From the NCBI GenBank assembly GCA_951812955.1, contig OX638340.1, forward strand, positions 3,680,001-3,744,000: a DNA stretch of 64,000 nucleotides. Reading direction: 5' to 3'. The notes under the pieces are model-generated. The model was not told the origin of the DNA, made no database searches, and saw only the letters and a list, made by a program, of their open reading frames with translations. The position numbers were made by a program, and so were the translations under genes. Every line of letters begins with the position of its first letter. The stretch's first letter is position 1. Below are positions 26,574 through 35,247 of the stretch, piece by piece. Source of the stretch: an uncultured Gemmatimonadota bacterium (lineage in GTDB: Bacteria > JAAXHH01).

Positions 26574-28238
26574 GTGAAACGCATATTGCTTTTGATCAAC
26601 CATCACAGGCCGCCGTTCAGCCAGTTCGCAGCCATGTTCGAACGGGTCGTGAACGGCGCTTCTCATTTCAAGCTGGAGGTAACCGACGACCGGGACGCGC
26701 TGTGCGACCTGTCGGATTACGACGCCGTGGCGCTGTACATTGCGGCCGGAGAACTGAGCCGGGAGCAGGAACAGGGGATCACCGGCTACGTGCGGAACGG
26801 GGGCGGGCTGCTGGCCGTGCACACCGCGAACGCGGGACTGGCGAAATACGCCGACTACATCGAGATGATCGGTACCGAATTCATCGGCCACGATCCACTG
26901 GGCGACTTCGACGTGGAAATCGATCCGTCCTTCGACGACATCCTGCCGCGTCTGAGCCGGAGTTTCCGCGTCGAAGACGAATGCTACAACATGGACATCA
27001 AGACGGAGGCGCCGCTCAAGTGGTTCCAGCACGGGATCTGGAAACTCGAACGCAAACCCCTGGGATACGTGCGGGACTACGGGAAGGGCAGGATATTCTA
27101 TACGGCCCTCGGCCACGACAACCGGGCCTTCGTCCACCCCGATTTTCAGGACCAGTTGATCAAGGGGCTGCGGTACGTGTGCGGGATGGCCGACGGATCG
27201 CCCGTCCGCATCGGACTGGTGGGATACGGGCCACTGTTCGGCATGGGGAAGCACCACAGCGATCAGATCGCCGCGACCCGCGGTTTCGAGCTGGGAGCGG
27301 TCTGCGACCGGGACCCCGCCCGGCTGGAAGCGGCGCGGGAGGAGCAGGGCGACCACGTGCCCATGTTCCAGGATGCTGCGGAAATGGCCGGGAGCGGGTT
27401 GGTAGATCTCGCCATCGTCATCGTCCCCCACGCCTATCACGCACCCGTCGCGAAGCCCCTGCTCGACGCCGGCCTGCACGTCATCACGGAGAAACCCTTC
27501 ACGGTCAAGGTTTCCGAGGCGGACGAACTGATCGCCCTGGCCAGGGAACGGGGCGTCATGATCTCCGTGTACCACAACCGGCACTGGGACCCGGATATCC
27601 TTTCCATGAAGGAGATCGTCGGCAGGGGCGATATCGGAGAGGTGTATTCCATAGAAAGCGCCCTGGTCGGATACGGCCTGCCGGGCCAGGCGTGGCGATC
27701 CGAAAAGTCGATTTCCGGCGGGGCGATGTACGACTGGGGCGCCCACAATTTCGAGAAAATCCTTCAGCTGGTGCCGCGGTACGATGGCCAGGGAAACCGG
27801 ATCAACAAGCGGGCTACTCTCTTCGGAAACTACATGAAACGGGTCTGGCACAGCGTCACCAACGAGGATTACTGCCGGGCGTACGTCCGTTTCGATTCGG
27901 GCCTGGAGGCCCAGTTCACGACCTCATCCATCCATGCGTCCCGCAAGCCCATGTGGACCGTCCAGGGGACCGGCGGATCGATCGTCATGGAGGGGGGCGA
28001 CGGCGCGGGCACGGTGACGATGGCCAGCGCGGACGGACGCCACCGGGCCGTGGAGGTCAAACCCTATGACCGTGGCCATAACTGGCAAGGCTACTACAAG
28101 AACGTGGCCGACCACCTGCTCTCCGGCCTTCCCCTGGAAATTACCGGGGAATGGGCAAAGGGACCCATTCAGTGTGTCGAGGGTTGTGAAACGGCTTCGA
28201 GAGAGAATAGACTGGTGGAAATCGAATTCGATTTCTAG
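26574..28238 (+). CDS. ThuA-domain / Gfo-Idh-MocA oxidoreductase fusion protein
   Basis: The N-terminal ~210 aa is ThuA-like (GGGLLAVHTA...FYTALGHD). The C-terminal ~340 aa is a GFO/IDH/MocA Rossmann domain plus C-domain (VRIGLVGYGPLFGMGKHH...EKP). Confidence 0.75.
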   Translation: MKRILLLINHHRPPFSQFAAMFERVVNGASHFKLEVTDDRDALCDLSDYDAVALYIAAGELSREQEQGITGYVRNGGGLLAVHTANAGLAKYADYIEMIGTEFIGHDPLGDFDVEIDPSFDDILPRLSRSFRVEDECYNMDIKTEAPLKWFQHGIWKLERKPLGYVRDYGKGRIFYTALGHDNRAFVHPDFQDQLIKGLRYVCGMADGSPVRIGLVGYGPLFGMGKHHSDQIAATRGFELGAVCDRDPARLEAAREEQGDHVPMFQDAAEMAGSGLVDLAIVIVPHAYHAPVAKPLLDAGLHVITEKPFTVKVSEADELIALARERGVMISVYHNRHWDPDILSMKEIVGRGDIGEVYSIESALVGYGLPGQAWRSEKSISGGAMYDWGAHNFEKILQLVPRYDGQGNRINKRATLFGNYMKRVWHSVTNEDYCRAYVRFDSGLEAQFTTSSIHASRKPMWTVQGTGGSIVMEGGDGAGTVTMASADGRHRAVEVKPYDRGHNWQGYYKNVADHLLSGLPLEITGEWAKGPIQCVEGCETASRENRLVEIEFDF

Positions 28239-28270
28239 TCGCAGTTAAACCCGGAAGAGACAACTCCGAT

Positions 28271-28510
28271 ATGACGAAAAAAGAGAAAATAGAAGCAGGA
28301 TTCACCATACTTGCCATCTTCGCGCTCTGGCCGGTGATCCTGGGTTGGGAAAACCCGATCTACCAGGTCATCCTCGTCGTGATCCTGGTCGTGTTCATCG
28401 CACTCGTCGCCCAGAAGTTCCGCCGCCTCCGGTCCATCTACAACGCGACCAAAGTGGAAGCGAAGAAGCGCAGGCCACCCGGTGGTAATGCGGATGAACC
28501 CTTCGACTGA
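28271..28510 (+). CDS. Small membrane protein (2 TM), hypothetical
   Basis: 79 aa with two hydrophobic helices then a basic tail. Convergent with the downstream operon. Confidence 0.4.
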   Translation: MTKKEKIEAGFTILAIFALWPVILGWENPIYQVILVVILVVFIALVAQKFRRLRSIYNATKVEAKKRRPPGGNADEPFD

Positions 28511-28539
28511 CGGAGCGATGTCCCGCGACGAGTGCGCTG

Positions 28540-29520
28540 TCAGGCGTATTTCCCAGGAAGTTCCGGTGCGGAGATTTCGTCCAGCAGGATACGGTCTTCC
28601 GGTTCGAGCGTCCATCCCACGGCACCGAGTGACTCCTCGACCTGTTCGGGAAAGTCCGGACCGATGATCGGCGCCGTCACCTCATCGTGGTCAAGGATCC
28701 AGGCCAGCGCCACCTGCGCCGGCGTCCTCCCGTACTTATCGCCCAAGGCAATCAGCGTCTGCACGATGCCGTCCAGCTTCTCCGTCATGGCCTCGTCAAA
28801 GGGATACGAACTGCGGCTCAGTCCCGGGCGGGGATTCCTCCCCCAGGGGCTGTTTTCGGGCGGCACGGCCCCGCGGCGGAACTGGCCGGTCAGCAGGCCT
28901 ATGGCAAGCGGGCTGTAACACATGAGACCGAGTCCGTGGTCCCTGGCCATGGGCATGAGTTCGAGTTCCGTCTCCCAGCGCGCCAGGAGGCTGTAGTTGT
29001 ACTGCAGGCAGACGAAAGGCTCGAGATTGAGCCGGTCGCTTGTCCAGAGGGCGTCCACCACCTTGTAGACCGGCCAGTTGCTGCAGCCGATGTACCTGAC
29101 CTTGCCCTGGCGAACGAGGTCGTTAAAGGTCGAGAGGGTTTCCTCGAGGGGCGTGACCGGGTCGAAACTGTGGGCCAGGTAGAGGTCGATGTGGTCGGTC
29201 TGCATCCTTTTGAGGCTGGCCTCCACACCCTGCATCAAGTTGACACGGGACAGACCGGTATAGTTGGGCCCATCGCCTTTCCTACCGAAGATCTTCGTAC
29301 ACACCACGACGTTTTCGCGCCGGCCCTTGAGCGCTTTCCCGATGATCTTCTCTGATCTCCCCTCGCCGTAGAAGGCAGAATCGATGAAGTTGCATCCCAG
29401 GTCGAGGGCCGTTTCGATCACGCGGATGCCGGCGTGTTCGTCGATCGCGCCCCGAAAGGCCGTGCCGAGGCAGATCGGCGACACCTGCAGGCCGGTTTTG
29501 CCCAGATAGCGGTATTCCAT
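28540..29520 (-). CDS. Aldo/keto reductase
   Basis: MEYRYLGKTGLQVSPICLGT...IDSAFYGEG...LYLAHSFD is the AKR family signature. Start was chosen at MEYRYLG. Confidence 0.85.
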   Translation of the reverse strand: MEYRYLGKTGLQVSPICLGTAFRGAIDEHAGIRVIETALDLGCNFIDSAFYGEGRSEKIIGKALKGRRENVVVCTKIFGRKGDGPNYTGLSRVNLMQGVEASLKRMQTDHIDLYLAHSFDPVTPLEETLSTFNDLVRQGKVRYIGCSNWPVYKVVDALWTSDRLNLEPFVCLQYNYSLLARWETELELMPMARDHGLGLMCYSPLAIGLLTGQFRRGAVPPENSPWGRNPRPGLSRSSYPFDEAMTEKLDGIVQTLIALGDKYGRTPAQVALAWILDHDEVTAPIIGPDFPEQVEESLGAVGWTLEPEDRILLDEISAPELPGKYA

Positions 29521-29557
29521 GATCCATCCTCTCAAAATCGGTTTAACAGACAGTCGC

Positions 29558-30403
29558 TCACGACCGGGATACATCCGCTTCGGCGAAGGCGTTCGCCAGG
29601 GTCCGGTAACATAGGGCGGCCGCTTCGAAGGGGTCGTAACCGGGATGTCTCTGCACCATGTGACTGACCTCCGCCGTGATGGATCCCGTGTACCCGGCTG
29701 CGTGCATGGCGCGCAGGTAGGTCACGAAATCGAAATCGCCCTCGCCGGGCACAAGAAACTCGAAATCCGGGACACGGCCGCGCTGGTCCTTGACGTGGGT
29801 ATGGACCGCGTAGGGGGCCATGAGCCGGACCGCCTCCTCGATGGACATACCCAGGACGTCGAAGTGGCTGATGTCGAAATTGAGCCCCAGGTAGGGGGAG
29901 CTCATCGTCTCCACGAGTTGGACGGACTTCTGCGCGGTGTCCAGGGCGGAGCCGACGTGGGCCTCCATCCCGATCACGACTTCACGTGCGGCGGCGTAAT
30001 CCAGCAGTTCCCGGACCCGTTCGAGGATGAAATCCAGCCTGGGTTCCCAGTCTTCAGGCGCGCCGCCCAACACGGTGTCCAGGACCGGCATGCCGCGGCC
30101 GTCGCTCCACTCGGCGCACAGGTCGACGGCCTGTTTCAGCACGCGCATGTTCTCGCGGTGCGCATCGGGATCCTCGTCGAGCAGCGAGCGGTGGGCGGCA
30201 ACGGCGGGCATGTCAAGGCCGTACTGTTGAAAGATCCGCTTGATCCGTCGCCGTTCATCGGAGTCCAGCCGGTCCGCGGCCGTCGTATAGTTTGGGAGCA
30301 CCGTCAATTCGACGGCGTCGAATCCCTGTTCGCTCAGGAACGACAGGGCCTGGTCCACGGGGACGCTGGGCATGCCCCAGGTGGTGTAGCCTATCTGCAT
30401 GGG
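29558..30403 (-). CDS. Sugar phosphate isomerase/epimerase (xylose-isomerase-like TIM barrel; IolE-like)
   Basis: AVELTV...MEAHVGSALDT...LNFDISHF...HVKD are metal-ligand blocks of the XI-like TIM barrel. Start was chosen at MQIGYTTWG. The upstream in-frame part of the ORF encodes TRRRIDPAG x2, which results from the 42-bp DNA duplication. Confidence 0.75.
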   Translation of the reverse strand, partial: PMQIGYTTWGMPSVPVDQALSFLSEQGFDAVELTVLPNYTTAADRLDSDERRRIKRIFQQYGLDMPAVAAHRSLLDEDPDAHRENMRVLKQAVDLCAEWSDGRGMPVLDTVLGGAPEDWEPRLDFILERVRELLDYAAAREVVIGMEAHVGSALDTAQKSVQLVETMSSPYLGLNFDISHFDVLGMSIEEAVRLMAPYAVHTHVKDQRGRVPDFEFLVPGEGDFDFVTYLRAMHAAGYTGSITAEVSHMVQRHPGYDPFEAAALCYRTLANAFAEADVSRS

Positions 30404-30448
30404 TCGGTACTTTCTGGCCGTGTTGTAGTCGATACGCGAATTCGCCAG

Positions 30449-30532
30449 CCCCGCCGGGTCGATTCTCCGCCTCGTCAACCCGGTAGTGCGCCCCGCCGGG
30501 TCGATTCTCCGCCTCGTCAACCCGGTAGTGCG
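30449..30532. repeat. Perfect 42-bp tandem duplication (ccccgccgggtcgattctccgcctcgtcaacccggtagtgcg x2)
   Basis: Copy A is 30449-30490 and copy B is 30491-30532. It lies in the intergenic space between the DapA-like gene stop (30557) and the isomerase start (~30403). Confidence 0.9.
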
Positions 30533-30556
30533 GTCCGCCCTGCCCGGCCGATTTAA

Positions 30557-31465
30557 CTATAGCATGTCGCGGCCGGTAAGAAACGCCTTGAGCTGCTCCA
30601 TCTCTTCGTCCGTAAGATCGGGCAGGGGGCTTCTCCGCCAGCGGCCGCAGATTCCCGCCAGTTCCAGGACGGCGTGCTGGGCTGCGTCCCCGCCGGCCGG
30701 AAAGGCGCTGTACAGGTAATCGAACAATGGCATGTCGTAGCGCGCGATGATGTCTACGGCCGAATCGAGGTCTTTTTTCTCAATGGCGGACGAGTAGGCG
30801 CGGGCTACTTCGGGCTTGAACTTGATGAAGGTGGACATGTACCCATCGCAGCCGTAGGGCAGCATGTCCATGTGGGTCTGCTTCTGGCCGCCCGCGAAGA
30901 TCACCCATTTTTCGTGGGCTCTAACACAGGCACCCCGCGCGAAATCCGGGCCGAAGTCTTCCTTGAATCCCACGACCCCGGGCACCTCGTCCAGGAGCCG
31001 TTCGACCGTTTCGAGCGCGCCCCGGACGCCCACGCTCACCAGCCCGGCGCTCAGGATGAACGCCGGAAGGGCCTGCGACACCGCGCCGTAATACGCCACG
31101 AGCCCATCCACCGTCATGCCGCGGTCGGGAGGCGCCACGATCAACGCGTCCGCTCCGCAGTCCCGGGCGTACTCCGCGAAGCCCGCGGTCTGTTTCGTGG
31201 ACCAGAACCCCGCGCTCGCGATGAACAGCGCCCGTCCGTTGACGACGCGGGCGGTAAACTCCGTCATCTCGGCGATCTCCGCCTCGGTCAGCAACGAATA
31301 GAGACTGTCCCCCGGGGTGAACAGTACGGTTCCCGCACCGGAATCGATGCAGAAATCCACGAACCGGCGTAACCCGGCGTAATCGATGCCGTCATGCTCG
31401 AGAAAAGGCGTGTTGATCGAGGCGACCGGGCCGGCCAGGTGGTGACGGAAACGGTCTGTATCCAT
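30557..31465 (-). CDS. Dihydrodipicolinate synthase/N-acetylneuraminate lyase family (DapA-like) enzyme
   Basis: Class I aldolase DapA-family fold pattern (GTVLFTPGDSLYSLL...). Start was chosen at MDTDRF, abutting the upstream GFO stop. Confidence 0.65.
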   Translation of the reverse strand: MDTDRFRHHLAGPVASINTPFLEHDGIDYAGLRRFVDFCIDSGAGTVLFTPGDSLYSLLTEAEIAEMTEFTARVVNGRALFIASAGFWSTKQTAGFAEYARDCGADALIVAPPDRGMTVDGLVAYYGAVSQALPAFILSAGLVSVGVRGALETVERLLDEVPGVVGFKEDFGPDFARGACVRAHEKWVIFAGGQKQTHMDMLPYGCDGYMSTFIKFKPEVARAYSSAIEKKDLDSAVDIIARYDMPLFDYLYSAFPAGGDAAQHAVLELAGICGRWRRSPLPDLTDEEMEQLKAFLTGRDML

Positions 31466-31466
31466 C

Positions 31467-32567
31467 CTATGTCCGCCCTTCAGCTGACCAGGAGTCGAAG
31501 GGGTTGCCGTTTTCAGCGAGGGGAAAAGCGACCCGCGCACCCGTGATGTGGGAAAGATGCGCGCCCATGGCCATCTCGATATGTCGGCGGGCCGTGCGCG
31601 CATGGCAAAGTTCGTATTCGGGTTCCCTGCCCTCGATGAGATCCATCATGGACCTCGCCATGCGGTGATGGGCGTTGATCCATTTCTGCCCGCCCGAAAC
31701 CTGTTCGTGGGCGAGCACTTCCCATCGATCGTCGTCGAAGGGCCGCGGGTTCGAGTGGGGATGGAAATAGATATCCGGACCATCCTGCGTGGGGCCGGGC
31801 AGGATGAGCGTCCCGGCGGTCCCGTGGATATCGATGCGATAGGGATTCTCGATACCGTCACCCGCGAAGGATTCGAACTCAGCGTTGAATCCGTCGAACT
31901 GGTAATGCGCCCATATGCCGTTTCCCGCGGAGGTGCCCATGCCGAACAGGCCTTCCTTCCGGTCGATCGGTCCGGCCGTCCGGCCGTCCTGCGTGATGAT
32001 CGCCTGGCACCACGACGGTTCGCCGAAAAGCTGCCACAGGAAATCGAAGAAATGGGGGTAGAGATCGATAAACCACTGGTCTCCCCCGTTTTCGCCGCCG
32101 AAACCATACATGCGCGCCCAGCGCGGCTCCCCGATCCCTCCGTCCCGGATCATCGGGATGGCCTGGCGCTGGATTTCAGGCCGTCCCCGCCAGGGGTGGG
32201 CCATGATCAGCAGGACGCCTGCCTTGTCGCAGGCCTCCACCATGGTATCTACTTCGGCCGGGGTCCGCGCCAGTGGCTTTTCCGCATACACGTGGACGCC
32301 CAGTTCGGCCGCGGCCAGTACCATGGCGAGGTGGTTGCTCATCTCGTGGGTGGCCAGGACGACGATGTCGAGCTTCTCGTTCTCCAGCATCTCCGTGTAC
32401 CGGGCGTACCCCTTCTTCGCGCCGGTCCGTTGCAAGGCGGCCAGCCTTCCCTCTTCGACCGGATCGGCGAGTGCGGAGATCTCGGCGCCTTCCACGCCCA
32501 CGAATGCCTGGTCCAGAGAATGTCCATAGTCTCCGCAGCCGGTGTGCCCGATTATACCGATTTTCAA
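31467..32567 (-). CDS. Gfo/Idh/MocA family oxidoreductase
   Basis: MKIGIIGHTGCGDYGHS...EKP Rossmann N-domain plus the GFO C-domain. Confidence 0.8.
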   Translation of the reverse strand: MKIGIIGHTGCGDYGHSLDQAFVGVEGAEISALADPVEEGRLAALQRTGAKKGYARYTEMLENEKLDIVVLATHEMSNHLAMVLAAAELGVHVYAEKPLARTPAEVDTMVEACDKAGVLLIMAHPWRGRPEIQRQAIPMIRDGGIGEPRWARMYGFGGENGGDQWFIDLYPHFFDFLWQLFGEPSWCQAIITQDGRTAGPIDRKEGLFGMGTSAGNGIWAHYQFDGFNAEFESFAGDGIENPYRIDIHGTAGTLILPGPTQDGPDIYFHPHSNPRPFDDDRWEVLAHEQVSGGQKWINAHHRMARSMMDLIEGREPEYELCHARTARRHIEMAMGAHLSHITGARVAFPLAENGNPFDSWSAEGRT

Positions 32568-32634
32568 CGCCGTGCTCCTGTTCTATTCGTCCCGATGTAT
32601 ACTTGGGGACCGCGATCATTGGTAGGGACCGCGA

Positions 32635-32964
32635 TCAGACAAAGACCATGCGCTCGGCCTGGATGATGAATACCTGCGCGCCGCCCACCATGGTCGTTAC
32701 CGCCTCGCCCAGACCGAGCGCGTCGAGATGGGTGCCGATCTGCGCGACATCGATGGCTTCCTCCCGGGCGTGGCAGTGGTTCTCGATGAGTTCGAGCACG
32801 GGAGGTACGCGTTCGTCGTCCACCCCGATCAACAGGGTGACGTTGCCCGCACGCAGGAATCCGCCCGTGCTGCCGATCTCGGTGAACCGGAAATCGTTGT
32901 CGATCAGCGCATCGGAAAGATGCCGGATATCTCTCTTGTTGACGATAGCGATGAGGAGTTTCAT
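32635..32964 (-). CDS. PII-like cyclic-di-AMP receptor DarA/PstA family (DUF970)
   Basis: [50 protein letters not shown]...VGGAQVFII aligns closely by eye to B. subtilis DarA ([50 protein letters not shown]...VGGATVFVM). Confidence 0.8.
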   Translation of the reverse strand: [109 protein letters not shown]

Positions 32965-32992
32965 GGCGCGCCTCCTGTTCCCTGTGTCTGTG

Positions 32993-34339
32993 TCACGACG
33001 TAACCGATTCGATCGCTTCTCCGGCTACGTTAATCATCCGTTCCATCTCTTCGGAGGTGACAACCAGCGGGGGAGCGAAATTCACACTGTCCCCCCGGCA
33101 ACGTGTATAGACACCGTTTTCGAGCATCTTCTTCACGATGCGTGCTCCAGTTTTCAACGCTGGATCGTAAGGCTTCCGGGACGCGGGGTCTTCCACCACC
33201 TCCACGGCCGCCATCAGGCCGATGCCGCGGATATCGCCCACGTGCGGCAGCGACCGCAGCGAGCCCAGACCGTCGATGAGTGTTTCGCCCATTTTCCGGC
33301 TTCGATCGATGAGGCCTTCACGCGCTATGAGATCGATGTTCGCCAGACCGACGGCGCAGCAGGTCGGGTGGCCCGAATAGGTGAAAGAATGGTTCCACTT
33401 CCGGTCCTCGGGCGCGTTTTCGATGCAATCGTGTATCTCGTCCGAGACGATGATGCCTCCGAGCGGCACGTACCCGCTGGTCACCCCCTTGGCGAAGGCA
33501 ATGATGTCCGGCTCGACGCCCCAGTGGGAAACACCGAACCAGTGGCCAATGCGGCCGAAGCCTGTGATTACCTCGTCGGCGATCAGGAGCACGTCGTATT
33601 TCGTGCAGATTTCCCGGATCCTGGGCCAGTAATCCTCCGGCGGCACGATGACCCCGGCGGCGCCCTGCACGGGTTCGCCGATGAAGGCGGCCACCGTGTC
33701 GGGACCTTCCCTCAGGATCGCCTCCTCGAGGGCACGCGCGCCCGCCTCGCCGCATCCCACACCGGGTTCCACCGGCCTGTAGTGGTACGGATAGGGCGCG
33801 TCGATATGTACAAACCCCGGAAGGCTGGTCGCGAAATCCGCCCAGTAGGCCTCCAGTCCGGTGGCGTTCATGGCGCCGATGGTCACGCCGTGATAGGCGT
33901 GTGTCCTGGATATGATCCTGGTTTTTTCCGGCCGGCCGGCACGTTGCCAGAAATAGCGGGCCGTCTTGATCGCGCTGTCGTTGGACACCGCCCCGCCGGA
34001 CGTGAAAAAAGTGTAGTTCAGTGATCCCGGCGCCAGTTCCTTCAGTCGGTTCGCGAGGCGGACGGCCGGGATGTTCGTCGCCCCCGCGTAGCAGGAGAAA
34101 AACCCCAGATCAGTCATCTGGTCCGCGGCCGCGGAGGCCAGCTCGCGGCGGCCGTGGCCGACGTTCACGTTCCAGAGGCTCGAGAGCCCGTCGATGTAGC
34201 GGTTGCCCTCGATATCGGTCAGCGTAGACCCCTCGGCGCGTACGCAGACCAGGGGCTCGTCATGATCGACGTGGTGCTGCAGCGGATGGATCAGGTACGC
34301 GTCGTCCCTCAGCAGTTGGTCGCGGTCGCCGTAGGTCAT
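32993..34339 (-). CDS. Class III aminotransferase (omega-transaminase family)
   Basis: 448 aa with FTSGGAVSNDSAIKTA, ADEVITGFGRIGHWFG and FAKGVTSGYVPLGG (PLP-lysine region) motifs. Confidence 0.85.
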   Translation of the reverse strand: MTYGDRDQLLRDDAYLIHPLQHHVDHDEPLVCVRAEGSTLTDIEGNRYIDGLSSLWNVNVGHGRRELASAAADQMTDLGFFSCYAGATNIPAVRLANRLKELAPGSLNYTFFTSGGAVSNDSAIKTARYFWQRAGRPEKTRIISRTHAYHGVTIGAMNATGLEAYWADFATSLPGFVHIDAPYPYHYRPVEPGVGCGEAGARALEEAILREGPDTVAAFIGEPVQGAAGVIVPPEDYWPRIREICTKYDVLLIADEVITGFGRIGHWFGVSHWGVEPDIIAFAKGVTSGYVPLGGIIVSDEIHDCIENAPEDRKWNHSFTYSGHPTCCAVGLANIDLIAREGLIDRSRKMGETLIDGLGSLRSLPHVGDIRGIGLMAAVEVVEDPASRKPYDPALKTGARIVKKMLENGVYTRCRGDSVNFAPPLVVTSEEMERMINVAGEAIESVTS

Positions 34340-34396
34340 CGTGTGGTACTTTCTGTCGTATGTGTGTCGGGAAGGCGGTTAATGGGTAATTGACAG

Positions 34397-34431
34397 GGTG
34401 CCGAACCCCGTTTATGGTATATTATACGGTG
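34397..34431 (+). promoter_or_regulatory. Candidate sigma70-type promoter (TTGACA-N17-TATGGT/TATATT) for deacetylase gene
   Basis: ttgacagggtgccgaaccccgtttatggtatatt lies ~25-60 bp upstream of the start at 34455. It is a divergent intergenic region. Confidence 0.3.
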
Positions 34432-34454
34432 AGCTCAATACACAATCAAGATGA

Positions 34455-35243
34455 ATGGAAGAGGCCTCCATGCCCGGCGAACAACTCCATCCCTGGCACG
34501 ATGGATACGAAGGCGCCGTGTCCCTGACCTTCGACGACGGAATGCGGTCCCAACTAGAAGGGGCCCTGCCGATTCTGGCCGAAAACGGTCTCAGCGCCAC
34601 GTTCTACGTCAACCCCCGGGGTCCCGACTGGCGCGGGCTTCTGGAGCCGTGGAAAGCCGTGGCCGAAGACGGTCACGAAGTGGGCAATCATACGGTCAGC
34701 CATCCCTGCTCCTGCGCGTTCAAGGAGACCCGCGCCGACTGTCTCGAGACAATGACCCTCGACGACATGGAGTGGGAGATCGGCGAAGGCAAGCGGCGGA
34801 TATCCGAAGTCATCCCGGAACAGGTGGACTTTACCTTCTGCTATCCGTGCTACCATGCCCACGTGGGGGAGGGGCCGGATCGCAGGAGTTACGTGCCCGT
34901 CGTCGCCCGCCACCATGTCGCCGGACGCGGCAAGGGGGACTACGCCAATCATCCCCTGACCGCCGATTTGCACCACCTCTATTCCTTCCCGGTGGAGCGC
35001 CGCGCCACGTCGGAAATGATTGGACTGGTCGAGGAGGCCGCGGGTCAGAACCGGTGGGCCGTACTGACGTTTCACGGCATCTCGGAAGGGCACCTTTCCG
35101 TGACGGAGTCCGATTTCACCGGATTGTGCAACTATCTCGGGGAACACCGCGATCGGATCTGGACCGCGCCGGTCGTCGCCGTGGCCCGGTCGATACACGC
35201 ATGGCGGTCGGCCCGTACCACACGCACGAACCACGGTCCGTAA
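34455..35243 (+). CDS. Polysaccharide deacetylase family (NodB homology) protein
   Basis: LTFDDG...H..SHP NodB motifs. 262 aa. Confidence 0.75.
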   Translation: MEEASMPGEQLHPWHDGYEGAVSLTFDDGMRSQLEGALPILAENGLSATFYVNPRGPDWRGLLEPWKAVAEDGHEVGNHTVSHPCSCAFKETRADCLETMTLDDMEWEIGEGKRRISEVIPEQVDFTFCYPCYHAHVGEGPDRRSYVPVVARHHVAGRGKGDYANHPLTADLHHLYSFPVERRATSEMIGLVEEAAGQNRWAVLTFHGISEGHLSVTESDFTGLCNYLGEHRDRIWTAPVVAVARSIHAWRSARTTRTNHGP

Positions 35244-35247
35244 CCAC

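Noticed and set aside
25692-28069. 25692..26564 (+) 290 aa, 26510..28069 (+) 519 aa and 26526..27851 (-) 441 aa ORFs
   Set aside because: Rejected as alternative-frame or antisense ORFs overlapping the DUF1189-like and ThuA-GFO genes. All have Arg/Gly/Pro-dominated composition.
29645-31372. + strand ORFs 29645..30556 and 30674..31372 opposite the isomerase and DapA-like genes
   Set aside because: Rejected as antisense shadows.
31548-34024. 31548..32666 (+) 372 aa and 32273..34024 (+) 583 aa ORFs
   Set aside because: Rejected as antisense to the GFO, DarA and aminotransferase genes, which have strong family signatures. These translations are low complexity.
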